Assembly: GCF_964204645.1 (NCBI RefSeq)
Contig: NC_134027.1
Span: 12,122,485-12,186,484 of the forward strand
Origin: Tubulanus polymorphus
Lineage: Eukaryota > Animalia > Nemertea
Direction: 5' to 3'
Length of the DNA: 64,000 nt
In this document: positions 26,801 to 38,469 of the stretch, piece after piece
How positions within the stretch are numbered: the stretch's first letter is position 1
How the letters are laid out: each line of letters starts with the position of its first letter
Notes under the pieces: model-generated
Databases searched by the model: none
What the model was told of the DNA's origin: nothing
The model's input: only the letters and a program-made list of their open reading frames with translations
Program-made: the position numbers and the translations under genes

Positions 26801-29328
26801 AAATCCTAGAATGGTGTCAACCAGCTAATTCGTCAGAGTCGTTCGAGATTTCGTCGCACAGTACAGCTGAAGCCTTGCTGAGCCAAGTTAAGAAACAAAG
26901 GTGCTTATTTTGTAACAATAATCATCATGTTAACGACTGTAAAATAGTTTCTGAAATTTTCATGCAAAACATGTCATAATAAACATCACACTAGTTTATG
27001 TGGCACACCAATGTTTAGACGCTTAGGTTCTAACAGTGCGAGTTTAACAAACAATGAGTATTAGAATAATCATAAGTGCGCTGACACTCAAACTGATCTT
27101 CATTCGAGTGATTCGGGTTTGACTGAGGCCAAGTCAGTTGAAACTCTCTTAACCGAGATCAAAGACAAATCTACCTTACTGAAATCGGCCGTGGCCTTAG
27201 TTAATTCGAACAACTCAAGTATACTGTCTAATATATTGTTCGATGACGGCTCGCAAAGAACCTTCGTTACAAGTGATTTTGTTCACCGTTTGAATTTAAT
27301 TCCAATCAGACATGAAACGTTAAATCTAGCTGGGTTTGGGGTAATCGGTGCAAAAACCCGGCAGGTAGAGATTGTTGAACTGTCCGTTCTTTGTGACGAT
27401 AAGTCGATTATTCAAGTCCATGCTATTGTTGTTCCTGTCATTACACAACCACTAGATGTAAGCACTACTGACATTTCAGCATTTCAGCATTTAAAGTTGG
27501 CTCATTCATCTGAATATCGCTCCGATTCATTTAATGTAGAAATTCTAGTTGGGTCGCATGACTATTACAATTTCATGATTGACAACGAATTCATAAAATC
27601 CGAAAGCGGTCCAGTTGCCGTACCTAGTAAGCTAGGCTATATTATATGTGGTCCAGTTCAATCCAATGATACGACCAATCTACTATGCACTTATAGTTTG
27701 TCGACTGGGACTGAGAAGTTAGATCTTCAGGATTTCTGGTCACTTGAGATGTTAGGTATTGAAACTCCGGGGCCTTTGAATTCTAATTCCGCATTTCTAG
27801 ACAGCTACTGTGACAGCCACATTACAAGAGGTGATGGAATATACTTAGCTAAGCTTCCATGGAAGGAAAATCATGATTCTTTACCTACAAATTATGGTGT
27901 AGCTTTCTCAAGGACAAGATCTTTGGCTCGTCGATTGTCCAAAGATTCCAATTTGCTGATCAAATACAATGGTATAAATAGATATCAATTAGAACGTGAC
28001 TTTATAGAAAAGGTTGAAGAGCCAAGTGTCTTGTTGTTTGGGAAAGAGCACTACATTCCTCACCACGCAGTTTTTAAGGAGTCAATAACTACTCCCGTAT
28101 GGATAGTTTTTGACTGTAGCTGCAAGTCATCTAAAGATTCGCCCTCACTCAATGATTGTTTGGAGGCAGGACCTCTACTTTTAAATGACATTACGTCAAT
28201 CTTGATGCGTTTTTGGCTGTTTCCTTACGCGTTAGATACTGATATCGAGAAGGCATTTTTGCATGTTGGTTTGGATCCTTGTGATCGTGATGTAACCAGA
28301 TTTTTCTGGTTGAGTGATTTTGATGATCCTGAAAGTGAAATGGATGTTAATAGGTTTAAATGTGTACTTTTTGGCGCAACATGTTCGCCATTCATGTTGA
28401 ATAGCACTCTTATCTATCATTTATGCAATTTTGGTGGAGTTTATGCCGATAAATTATTACGAGATGTTTATGTAGATAATGTCTCCACTAGTTTCGTAAA
28501 TGAAGATCAGTTAGTTGATTTTTACAAGGAATCGAGATTACTCAAAACGGAGGCAAATTTCAATTTCAGAAGTTGGGCATCCAACTCTAGTAAATTAGAA
28601 TCCCTAGCTCAAACAGATGGGATCTACGATAATTCTTGTGTTGTTAAGATACTTGGGCTTTTTTGGGAAGTATCGTCGGATCCGTTGAAATTTCCAAAAC
28701 GTGTAGTTTACGACATCAATGAGAGTCTAAAAACTAAATGGTCGATTTTGAAGAATACAGCTGCTGTGTATAATCCTCTTGGTTTTGTTACTCCGGTTAC
28801 CGTTAGGGCTAAATAATTGATGCATTAGGATCACCCACACAGCGTTGTATGGGCAGACGTACTAGAACCTGTGTACCTACAACTAATGCGTTACTTCCAG
28901 CCTAAAATCATCAAACCTACTGAGCCGGATTCTACTTCACAAAACGTTGTCATTGAATCTAGGCTTTCTAACAGTTCCCAGGTACAAGGGCCCTGTGCTA
29001 GTCTTATTGAAAAACATGATATTAGGACAAGGAGTGGGAAAATATCCAAGCCTCCTGATAAATTTAAGGAATATGAAACATAGTAGGGTATTGTGTTTCT
29101 TTGTAATCATGAAGTATTGCTTTATGCATTTTTTTTGTATTAATCCTAAGGAAGGGGGATGTAATGTACTGCGCATGGATTTCCAATAAAAGTAGTTCTC
29201 GTCAGCATGTCCATCATGTTGGTTACAGTCGATTGTTTCGGCATTTAAAGATTCTGATTAGATATCGTACAGGACAAAACAAGAGTCAGTAGTTCATTAC
29301 TAGGCTTACCTGGGGTGAACGAAGCCAT
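5830..29328 (-). CDS. HELZ-like SF1B (UPF1/MOV10-type) RNA helicase with multiple CCCH zinc fingers; multi-exon, 3' end not seen in window
   Basis: Inferred exons 29310-29328 (ATG), 24820-25196, 22556-22745, 19261-19646, 18761-18941, 16939-18658, ~16366-16577, ~16024-16134, ~15332-15605, ~14533-14663, ~9117-9365, ~8869-9066, ~8497-8653, ~7893-8080, ~7565-7684, 5830-6619. Motifs YGPFGTGKT, HSNSAADLY, LLDEAAQAME, GDYMQMSP, SLLERL, NYR, FYNTAE, VAPYRDQV, VHNVQG and repeated C-x-FAH CCCH fingers. Confidence 0.85.
8631..8815. repeat. Four degenerate ~50-bp tandem copies of an exon/acceptor junction
   Basis: ttgtacttccaaatcaac-like core at ~8636, 8687, 8738 and 8781. Confidence 0.6.
10546..11994 (-). 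mobile_element. HINE family B element with ~120-bp tandem repeats
   Basis: Ends ...tatataactccgctg (~10565) and ccttcggtcacagcggagcta (~11973-11993) match the ends of 29748-30624; tandem units at 10600-11060. Confidence 0.65.
11994..13172 (-). mobile_element. Partial HINE family A copy with internal replacement/insertion
   Basis: Starts actaggggtccagggacacc; 12850-13172 matches 4675-5000. Confidence 0.7.
13249..14493 (-). mobile_element. HINE family A copy
   Basis: Near-identical to 3807-5070, including both termini and the (GGAC)n microsatellite. Confidence 0.85.
14994..15106. mobile_element. Small hairpin MITE, Harbinger-like TIRs
   Basis: ggggccagttttatagactg ... cagtctataaaaccaggccc with a palindromic interior. 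Confidence 0.6.
17620..17705 (-). repeat. 18-bp coding minisatellite (GGI[ST]TP repeats) in the helicase gene
   Basis: ggagttgaaattcctcct-type units; protein GGITTPAGITTQGGISTPGGISTPGGITT. Confidence 0.85.
19765..20107. repeat. Cassette of two divergent tRNA-like units flanking a CCAAT-containing spacer (copy 1)
   Basis: Each unit reads TGCGC...GGCAGGG...RTGGC-loop-GCCAT-CRGGTTCRAATCCCTGCC; the whole cassette recurs inverted at 32377-32715. Confidence 0.7.
20296..20583. mobile_element. MITE with TTAA target duplication (piggyBac-like)
   Basis: TTAA-catattcgctgccggc ... gccggcagtgaatg-TTAA. Confidence 0.65.
21183..22463 (-). mobile_element. HINE family A copy interrupted by a MITE
   Basis: Same termini and tandem units as 3807-5116. 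Confidence 0.75.
21373..21980. mobile_element. pogo/Tc1-mariner-type MITE
   Basis: TA-ccgtattttccggccaataagccga ... tcggcttattggccggaaaatacgg-TA; perfect 25-bp TIR with TA duplication. Confidence 0.85.
25733..28816 (+). mobile_element. BEL/Pao LTR retrotransposon, 5' part, degenerate (LTR, PBS, gag, protease, RT)
   Basis: LTR TGTCG...CGACA 25733-25946; PBS tggtccctcgaacc; LPKLQLPLFSGD (DUF1759-type gag); LFDDGSQRTF protease; HYIPHHAV, SLNDCLEAGP, DIEKAFL, FGATCSPF, YVDN RT; KILGLFW. Confidence 0.9.
28860..29227 (+). mobile_element. 3' end of an LTR element (Gypsy-like C-terminus, PPT, short LTR-like unit)
   Basis: RTRSGKISKPPDKF motif; PPT aaggaaggggga; TGTAA...TTACA 29160-29227 containing AATAAA. 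Confidence 0.6.
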
Positions 29329-29747
29329 TGTTGAAATTGTTAAATCAGGCCTAACTCGCTGGATGAATCAGAGATTAGGTTACAACTGATTTTTGGTTCC
29401 ATGTACTGAAATCAAAAGTATAACATTACTTTGACATGTCGAGTAATAGGTCAAAGCCTAATCACAGATTGAGCTATAGGTCTTGGCTAAATATAGCTTC
29501 TAGGCAACAGAAATGAACCTAGCAAAACATTTAACTTCAACTAGAAGTTTTAGATGTTTGAGGCCCTGACGGGTCTCTTCATCATTCCGATTTTTTCTAA
29601 ATGCATGAATTCATAGCGTTTATAATCAACAATGCCTAAGTTTGTACAATTCATTTAGGCAATGAATTATGCCTACAGGACAGTTTGTCAGAAAACAAAT
29701 TAACAGGGTACCAGTGTCCTACTGAATAATAGACCTACCCTGTCCAT

Positions 29748-30624
29748 GAAACAAGAAGCCTGTCGGCTTATATAGCTCCGCTGTCTTTGTTGTGGCTTGG
29801 AGCATAGACTATCACATCAGTATCTATTTGAAACTAGATGTTCAGGGACATTATAGCCACTTGGAGAAGGGCCACAATACCAATAATCATACTAACATAC
29901 TCTAAACTGACAAACTGGAGGAGTAGCGATTGAAAGGAAAATCTAAAAAAGGCCTAATTTGCATAATTTATGCAAAATCAAAAATATGGCTCTATACTTT
30001 TGTAGGCACTCCCCAATAGATCATTCATATGAAGTTTGGTTGAAATCTACTGAAAACTGGAGTAGAAGTAGCAATTTAAGTGAAAATCTAAAAATAGCCC
30101 TAATTTGCATAATTTATGCAAAATCAAAAGTATGGCTCTATACTTTTGTAGGCACTCCCCCATACATCATTCGTACCAAGTTTGGTTGATATCTACTGAA
30201 AACTGAAGTAGAAGTAGCGATTTAAGTGAAAATCTAAAAATAGCCCTAATTTGCATAATTTATGCAAATCAAAAATATGGCTCTGTACTTTTGTAGGCAC
30301 TCCCCCATAGATCATTCATACCAAGCTTGATTGAAATCCGCTGAAAATCGATGGAGGAGTAGCGATTTTAGTGAAAATCTAAAAATAGCCCTAATTTGCA
30401 TAATTTATGCAAAATCAAAATCAAAATCAAAATTATGGCTCTGTACTTTTGTAGGCACTCCCCCATAGATCATTCATACCAAGTTTCATCAAGATCCCAT
30501 CAGAACTGTAGGACTAGTAGGGATATAAAGAAAAAGTTGACGCCGGACACCGAACACCGGACGACGACGACGAACCCCCTAACCCATCAGCTCCGCTGAC
30601 CTTCGGTCACAGCGGAGCTAAAAA
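29748..30624 (-). mobile_element. HINE family B, non-autonomous derivative of the Helentron at 54823+
   Basis: 29900-30624 is the near-identical reverse complement of 54823-55560; subterminal repeats agctccgctg/cagcggagct; ~119-bp tandem units. Confidence 0.85.
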
Positions 30625-31170
30625 TAGGCCTATTCACATTTGCCGAATTGTACCTCGCTCAATCATCCTGGACTACCTGTGGACTGGTGGTGATTGAGGT
30701 CCTCAAAAATGATAGAACTTAACTACAACAATGCCTGGAATGGTATACCTAGGCTAGCCTATAGGCCTATATGGTCCACATTAGTTCCGTTCCCATATCT
30801 CTCCTACCAATAAAATGCTCTGGGAATGGGATATATCCGCAATTTTTCGCTTATGTCAGCAGCTAGTGTGTAACTTGCAATGCCAGGTAATGATATTTTA
30901 ATGGGGAAAACCCAAGGCATGTACGTGGTAAACAGTTGACATTTATGCGCACATGCCCACACACCACCATGCCATGCCAGAACTATTCTCAGTTCACCAT
31001 TTCTGTGCAGTGTTTCTATTTGTATCGGTCTATTTAATTCTTATAGGCTAATCCGAGGAGATCCTGGCTCGGACTTTCTTTTTTGCCGCCCGTCCAGGCC
31101 AGGTCGTCGTCGATCCCGGGAAAAAAGTTGACATTGGCCACAGAAACCAATCTAAAACCTTTAATTTTTA

Positions 31171-31656
31171 GGGCCAATTCCACAAAACAATCCTTGAAAA
31201 AAAGTTTCATACTCTACCATAGAGACTGAACATTGTTTGGAGCGATTTAATTCGACTTGTCATCACCTTATCCATCTTTAAAAATATTTAGCTGCCACCA
31301 TAGATCTATTAACCAGCTGTGGCAAGTGTGTACTGGTGTGACATCGGTTCGAGCCCCGAGTTTTTCCTCGCGATGTCATCCTCGCTTGCCAGGGCCACCT
31401 TCGGTGCCTACTTAACGAAACCGAATGTCCATTAGTCGGAACTATATTCCGGAAATAGTTCAAAAATCAAGCGTATTCGGTTGTTAGTTCCGACCACTAG
31501 TAGCTACGAAAACCGAATTTGGCCCAGGGCTTAAAAAAGTTAAACTCAAATTTTTGGTGTGGGCCTAATCGCCATTGGTTACTTCTTTTGTTTTCAATGT
31601 GGCGATAATTCAAACTTAACCATTGTAGGCATAAATTTGTTCGTGAAACTGGGCCC
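31171..31656. mobile_element. Harbinger-like MITE(s), possibly nested
   Basis: gggccaattccacaaaac ... gttcgtgaaactgggccc; internal segment 31413-31526 resembles 33110-33304. Confidence 0.45.
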
Positions 31657-31792
31657 ACGGGTGTAATTGCTAAAATCGTTTACGCGGGATTCCCTAGTGA
31701 CATCATCTTCACCCGTCAAGGGATTCGAACCCACTCTGCTAAAGCTGTTCGCCGAACCCCTTGACCTCACGAGTCGTTGGAGTCGTTACTAG

Positions 31793-32136
31793 AGGCGTTT
31801 TTACGAGCATCCGATTTTTGCGATCGATCGTAGGAACGCATTTACGAGCACCGATTTTTGCGATCGATTTCACGATCGGCGTTTTTACGAACACGATTTT
31901 CCGATCGATTTTTGAAATCGACCAACTCGCTCGGCGAGCGATTTGGCGATTTGATTTCCAAGATGGCGGCACCGGGTAGTTCAAAACCATACATTTTTTT
32001 CCTCAACGTCGCCATATTTATGTCATGTGATTAGCCAAATCCATCGTCATTTTTACGAACATTCGATTCGATCGTACGATCGGAGCAAATCGTTCACGTA
32101 ATCGATCGCAAAAATCGGATGCTTGTAAAAACGCCT
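31793..32136. mobile_element. MITE with 3-bp TAG duplication (PIF/Harbinger-type), inserted in a tRNA-derived sequence
   Basis: TAG-aggcgtttttacgagcatccgatttttgcgatcgat ... atcgatcgcaaaaatcggatgcttgtaaaaacgcct-TAG; B-box GGTTCGAATCC on the minus strand at ~31721-31731. Confidence 0.8.
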
Positions 32137-32376
32137 TAGCCGACCAGAATCCGGTCGTACCAATCACAGCGCTTGTAACAAATGACTTTAGGCTTCTATT
32201 GGTTTTCCCGTTAAATAGACCAATCAGCGAACGTTTTACTGAACAAGGAAGTATTTCGCAAATCGATATATGACGTCATGCGCAACAGCGCCCGTAATGA
32301 AATCGCGCTTCGTGAGGCCATGGGGCTGGTGGAAGGGAGTTCGGGAGTGATACCTGACCCCTGGCAAGCGAGGATG

Positions 32377-32715
32377 CATCCTCCCCCGGCAGGGATTCGA
32401 ACCTGATGGCATCGAGATTGCCACGGTACGAAACCCTGCCATAATCGACCGTGTGCGCAGATACATGCGCAGTTCAGATGATGTGATTTTTAGCCAATCA
32501 GAAATCCCGTTTTATTTTAACCCGGGTTTTCCCATTTATAGTTCTTCCTTGAAATTTGCCTCAACGATTATACAACGAGCAATCTGATTGGTGCCGCCAG
32601 TGTTCGTTCGGAAAGCTGCGCATGTACCTGCGCACCCGGTCTACTGATGCAGGGGTTCGTGCCGTGGCTGAGTGTAGCGATGCCATCAGGTTCGAGTCCC
32701 TGCAGAGGGAGGATG
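32377..32715. repeat. Divergent tRNA-like cassette (copy 2, inverted relative to copy 1)
   Basis: Reverse complement aligns end to end with 19765-20107, including the spacer gaggcaaatttca...tgggaaaacccggg. Confidence 0.7.
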
Positions 32716-34099
32716 GCGAGGATGTAGTGACATATGATGGTGAAAATGATTATCTCTTTTTCTGTGGCGTGGAAACGAAATATTTTTTGATAGAACGAAA
32801 TAATCTTTTCATTCGAAAGAAATTTTAGTAGGCAATTTCTGACCGCTGACTCATCCATGGAGGTGGTCAAGACAGTGGGCTGGAGGACAGCAGTCTATAG
32901 ACCGACTGAATCCATCAATCCTCCTTATCTGCGTAGAATAAACCCTACGTAGGGTAGGCCTATAGAAATAGGCAAAAGTATAATTCTCATCATTCCATAC
33001 CACATGCTGGAACCAGACAGGATTAGTAACCTTGCTACACATATGTGTATCAAGGTCAATAATCCTGGGCGAACTTACGGTTATCGGAGTTAGTCGACTA
33101 TAGTCGAACTAAACGAAACCGAATGTCCGTTCGGAACTATGGTCCTGAAATGGGCGACCACGCGATTGAGCGCGGTAGCTATTAGTTCCGACCCATTTCC
33201 AAGATGGCCGACACTGTGATGTTACGACCGATCTATAACACGTTAGTGCGTTTGGTCGTTAGTTCCGACCACTAGTCGCTAGATACGAAAACCGAATTTG
33301 GCCCTAACTGGTTCCAGCACATGGCACGCCGGTTGGAGAGCGCCACGCTGTTGTTGATGCGGCACACATTATTTTAGTCGTTCGAACGAAGTAATCATTT
33401 CATTCGAACGACTAAAATAATTTTTGGCGGGAACGAAATAATTTCGTAAAGATTATTTCGTTCGAACAAAAAAATATTTATTTATTTCTCACCATGTCAC
33501 CTCCGGGGCTCCGTATCTTGATTCTTATAGGGGCCTTATTTCAGAAATCCCATCAGGATTTGCGCGCACTCAAAAGACTTGCCAACTACACGCCCGTGCG
33601 TATAGGGAGGGGGGTTCGGGGTTCGGACGAACCCCCCCCCAGTGGTGAAAGTGCCCTTTTTCAAATTTTGACGTATAGGAAATTGATTGATTAGATCAAC
33701 TGTGGGTTTGCTCACTAAAACAATTAACAATAGTGATACAAGATGATGCCGAGCCTGAGTTTTCTCTGGAAAGATTTACAATATAAAAAATACATGTACA
33801 TTCTTCATGAATTTTTTTATGTGGGCTATATGTTTTCCAGACATAACAAATTCTCCCCCCTATTGGGCCGACCCTGCAGATATAAAGGATGGTCGATTGG
33901 AATTCGATGGTTTACCATTTACGAATCGGCTAATACCAGGCTAGAGATGCATTGTCATCACGGTCCTGACCGTAAAACGAGCGTTAAAGCAAAATACAAT
34001 GATAAACGCAATGTAAGCTTTATTCAACGCTGAGTAAACGAATCAAGATTGGCCTATTGTCGTTACAATCCTATATGATCAGAAGCGGAAATTGCCAAC

Positions 34100-34656
34100 A
34101 TTATTTATACTTTGAAATTCTAGAACAACAGTGACCATTATTACAAAAAACGTTCAATTACATGTATTACAAAAAAAACCATTATTGCGAAAATCGGATG
34201 TCATAAAGGCGAAATGAATTATTATGACACTTGATACAACGGAAAAATTACGTCATTAGAAATCATTTGATTAGAAAAACAAGTCGCTTCGATTTATTTT
34301 GTGAAAGATCCGAAATAGTGATAAACATCCAACCAGTTCAGCAACGGTAGTGATTGCGGCGTCTTATGTAGCAATCGCTTCCTTTAGTGACGGGAATTTT
34401 GTTTGGACAAGAAGTTCGAAAAACTATTTACGATTAGAAGAAAATTAGAAACCATCTTATAGAATGTTTGAGGAAAAAGAAAATGTCACCATTCCCAGAA
34501 ATCGGGGAAAAGAGATATACAAGAATACAGTATCATCGCAAAACAATGCAGCTGTATTGTTCTTGTAGAATGCCTTGGCATCCAGTCGACTCGCTAAACC
34601 CAGATTTTTTTATGGCAGAATGTGAACATTGTAATAAATGGTATCTAGGAGCCTAA
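34100..34656 (+). pseudogene. Ulp1-like protease / PHD-finger remnant of a DNA transposon
   Basis: Degenerate Q-x-NGSDCGV at ~34335-34365 and LYCSCRMP...MAECEHCNKWY. Confidence 0.5.
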
Positions 34657-34849
34657 AGTTTGTATACTCATGATATCCTTATGATGTTCCACAATAATAA
34701 ATTGGATATATGTATAAATATTATGAATCAATTGACCTTAAGGAGGAGGATTTTTACCTACTTTGAAGAATTGGGGATTTTTACCGAGGGGATTTATACC
34801 GCTAACCGGTTTAGTGGGCTAGTAAATAATTTAGGATATCGAAACTTTT

Positions 34850-36912
34850 CCTGCAGTTTTCCTATTTCCAGATTCCATTTTCTCTTCTCAAAATCAAGAG
34901 TTTCCACCACATGAACTCATTTCGAGACATATTGATTCGCTTAATTTCATCTTGTGACAAATCTTGCGTATCGTAGATCTTCTGCATTTCATCTTTTTCT
35001 TGCATTGCTCGAACTATTTCCATTTCTAAACACAGTTCAAAAAGAGCGTTGATAAATTCAAACCTTCAGATGATATGATCTTCGATACATGGTGTTAGAT
35101 AGAAATATCATGTGATATATAAAGGGTCACATAGAGAACATGGATGCCTCGATGTGCATATTTTGAGTGAATTAAAAGCTATGTTTAAGGTTACAAGCTA
35201 TGTTGGGTAAGGGGTGGTTACATACCAATGTTTTCTTTTTGATGCACAAATCACGGAATTCTTTATCTTTTTCAAACTGTCTTCTATTGAGCTCTTCAGT
35301 CTGATCGGTCAGTTGTTTTAATTCGACTTGGTATTTATTTCGCGTGGCCGTCAGATATTCAAGATTATCCTGAATCATTTACAATATTGAAAACTCTATT
35401 AACTTGATCAGTTCAACGGTCATTGTTTAGGTTTCTTTCTCTCTTGAAGGAAATTGGTTCATTTTTCCCTCATTTACAAATTATCTGAGTTCTTTTTATT
35501 TTTCCAAGATATATAATACGAAATTCCCCGAGTAAATCTGCTGCAGGTGATTGGGGAAATTTCTTCACTTATCATTAAAAATGTTTTATTGATGTGATAA
35601 TTAGAATTCACTGGTTCATTCTCAAGATTGTTTGAGTCTTGTTTGAGTCGGACTCTTTCGATTTGTAGTGATTTAAAGTTCATCGGTTTATCATCGTGTA
35701 AACATTCTGTGAACATAAAATGATGAATTTTTAAGATACGCACAATAAACATTTAAATGGAAAAAAACATAAACTTGAAACTTACCTTGTTTTTTTCTGT
35801 AAAGTTCATCCTCCTCGACAAATTCACCTTTTCCATCCTTGAACGCCTTGTACGTATTGATGAAGTACTGATATCTAATCAACAATCATTCAACAGATAT
35901 CTATGAGGTGAATTGATATGAAGTTATTAAATTCACTAGAACCAAAATGATCTATGACTGGTCTTGAAGTATTACTAGCCCCAGGAGTTCTATCTAAAAG
36001 TTTTTTTTTTACGAACCAGTTCTTCAGTTTCTGAATCATCAAATCTATCATTTCTTGAGAACATCATTTTGAAAATATCGAATTGAAAAGATGACTTGAA
36101 ATAAAAGGCATAAAAAAAAAAAAGAATTTTTGTTGAACGACTAAATAAATAAAGAGTATATTGAATCTACACTTACTTCAATGTAATCACCGAGCCAGGA
36201 AAGTGCGCCGAGTAGGTGAGGCCAAACATGAGGTGCTCGCACAGTGAATAACATGTTCTTCGATATAAGAAATGGATACCCGAGATCCTTTAGCAGACGT
36301 GGTATCTGCTCTTCGTGTTTACTGTCTAGACGAAATTTGGCATCGACGATTTTCAACATGAACTGAAAAATAACGAAGAAATAAATCATTAAGTGATTTT
36401 CTATAAGAGGATATTTGAACGCGTAATAAATACCTAAATGATTTTGAGGAAATCTTTAGTAGTCGGAGAATGTAAGATCTTCACGCTGAGTTTTTTGCGA
36501 ATCACCTTTTTTCAGACAGAAACTGAAAAATAAATCAGAATGTAATTGAGAAAACTTTAATGACCGATCTGAAACAAACAGGAATTTGCAACACTAAACA
36601 TTACTGGATAAAGTTTCCACAGGTTTCTTTAGTTTGTATACAGATTTGAATTTGTTCATTTCCATTTTTTAACCCTCGTGTCAAATTCTACCCACGGAAC
36701 TGCGGAACTTGGTATTAATTACTAGGAGCATAGATGCTATAATTGGGTAATTAACAATTACCATCAATAAAGATTAAGAATTCTCGTGTGTTGTATGTGA
36801 TATATTTACCTCAATAAATCTTCTGATACTTAGTTCTTTAAAGGAGCGATCGCTGAGGTGTCTCGGATCTTTCATCGCGTCACTTTTAGATCTTCCATAC
36901 ATTCTACTACGA
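34850..36912 (-). pseudogene. NDC80: Kinetochore protein NDC80/HEC1, degenerate multi-exon copy
   Basis: Exon 36810-36912 gives MKDPRHLSDRSFKELSIRRFIE; next exon gives FLSEK..LSVKILHSPTTKDFLKI with frameshifts and a stop; exon ~36175-36363 gives EEQIPRLLKDLGYPFLISKNMLFTVRAPHVWPHLLGALSWL (Ndc80 CH domain); coiled-coil exons continue to ~34850. Confidence 0.82.
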
Positions 36913-36989
36913 CTGTTAATTCAAAATTTCAAATGTTACGGTTTTTTCAAATTGTCACCGCTGATGGTAAAGTAGGTAAAATATCAATG

Positions 36990-37080
36990 AGTAATTGGAA
37001 AAGTGGGCTTTCAGATCAGAGGACGAGAGGACGAGACACCACTCATCACCACAAGTAATTTCTTTTCCTAATAAATGGGA
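36990..37080 (+). repeat. Left terminal inverted repeat of the Polinton
   Basis: Perfect match to the reverse complement of 53254-53325 over ~72 bp; imperfect extension to the first ATG. Confidence 0.95.
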
Positions 37081-37400
37081 GATAGAAAAGCATTCTTAGC
37101 AACAATTAATAACAGAATAAAACCAGCAAAAAACAATTTGAAATAAAAAAGTTAGTTGATGTAACAAAAGAAATTGAACATAAAATATTGAAATTAGAAA
37201 AGATAGAAACTAAATATGGAGAGAAAGTATCCGCTAATTTAAGCTACTGTAATGTTAGTACATCGCGAGAATTTAAAGTATTTTTACCTGATAAATGGGT
37301 TTCATTGAGTACAGAGGAATTAAAAGATTTAGAAGGATTTAAAATAATCTATCATGGAAAAAATGAAGATGGCCATCATGATTTAGAAATTGTTGATTAA
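37075..37400 (+). CDS. Small Polinton protein, possibly an OB-fold ssDNA-binding protein; frameshift in an A-run at ~37130
   Basis: TAAATG start at 37075 joins ORF 37188-37400 (ETKYGEKV...KVFLPDKW) with a 1-nt shift; the fold assignment is a guess. Confidence 0.5.
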
Positions 37401-37561
37401 ATTTAAAAAAATAAATTAATAAAAATAATGAATATTAAGAATCCGAAATAACTTATCTGGACAATTTAATTGCTCCGCATAGATAGACAAAAGTAGTGAG
37501 ATATTCAATTAATATTCAATTAATTAAAAAAAAATTATTTTTTTGCTTTTTTTCTAAAATA

Positions 37562-37915
37562 TTAATCCATTTTTTTTATTGTCAATTTTGGAATTTCAGA
37601 ATTATTTTCATTTTTGATAGCAGTTGTTTCAGAATTATTAATATCATGAATTTTATTTGATTTCTTATACCAATTACACCCAATCAAAATGAATACAATT
37701 ACAAATCCAACTGTAAAATATAGACATTTATCAAATATTCTATTATTAGAAGGAGTAGAAATAACAATATTTTCACCATTTTTATTAACATTTTTATTAC
37801 TTATTTTTTCTTTTACAGCTTTTTTATATTCTTGTGATTTAATTCCTAATTGCCGAGACCATTCAATTTGTTTCTGTGATCTCGGTTTTTTCTTCACTTC
37901 TTCCACCTCGCTCAT
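37562..37915 (-). CDS. Polinton membrane protein, unknown function
   Basis: TAAATG start; one TM segment LYFTVGFVIVFILIG. Confidence 0.75.
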   Translation of the reverse strand: MSEVEEVKKKPRSQKQIEWSRQLGIKSQEYKKAVKEKISNKNVNKNGENIVISTPSNNRIFDKCLYFTVGFVIVFILIGCNWYKKSNKIHDINNSETTAIKNENNSEIPKLTIKKMD

Positions 37916-38438
37916 TTATTATAGAAATATTTTTATTTTCAATATTTGAAAATGTTATAACCCCAGTTGATAATAATGTCATAAATCCACCTAATTGAAA
38001 TGATAAATATCCAATCCATTTATTTAATTCAGTCATAACTAAATAATCATTTTTTAAATCGGAATATAATCTATTTTCATCTTCAATTGGTAGTATATAA
38101 TTACATAATTTACTATAACCTTTTACTACATTTTCTGATATCGCGTCATTAATTCTAGCTGTTCTCGCGGCTTCATAAATCTTAAATAATCTGATAATTT
38201 CATCTGATTTCATTGTATCTAATTCATTATAAGTTAAATTTTTACATTTTCCAGATGCTATTAATATTTCTAATTGATGTTTACAATAAAGATAATATTC
38301 ATAATTATTATTTGTTGTAACATTATTTAAAGCACCATCATCTGGAATTAATTTGTTTTCTGTTATTCCTAAATCATCTAAAGTTTTTTCAATTGGAACA
38401 TCACCATTTTTAGATTTTATTTTCATTTCACCTACCAT
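37863..38438 (-). CDS. Polinton protein with hydrophobic C-terminal segment, unknown function
   Basis: TAAATG start; WIGYLSFQLGGFMTLLSTGVITF. Confidence 0.75.
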   Translation of the reverse strand: MVGEMKIKSKNGDVPIEKTLDDLGITENKLIPDDGALNNVTTNNNYEYYLYCKHQLEILIASGKCKNLTYNELDTMKSDEIIRLFKIYEAARTARINDAISENVVKGYSKLCNYILPIEDENRLYSDLKNDYLVMTELNKWIGYLSFQLGGFMTLLSTGVITFSNIENKNISIINERGGRSEEKTEITETN

Positions 38439-38469
38439 TTATATAACAAAAAAATTATTTGTGATGTTG

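Noticed and set aside
31413-31520. ISRE-like GAAACCGAA motifs as an interferon-type promoter for the helicase gene
   Set aside because: Imperfect matches lying inside a repeated MITE-like sequence (also ~33110-33300); cannot be supported from sequence alone
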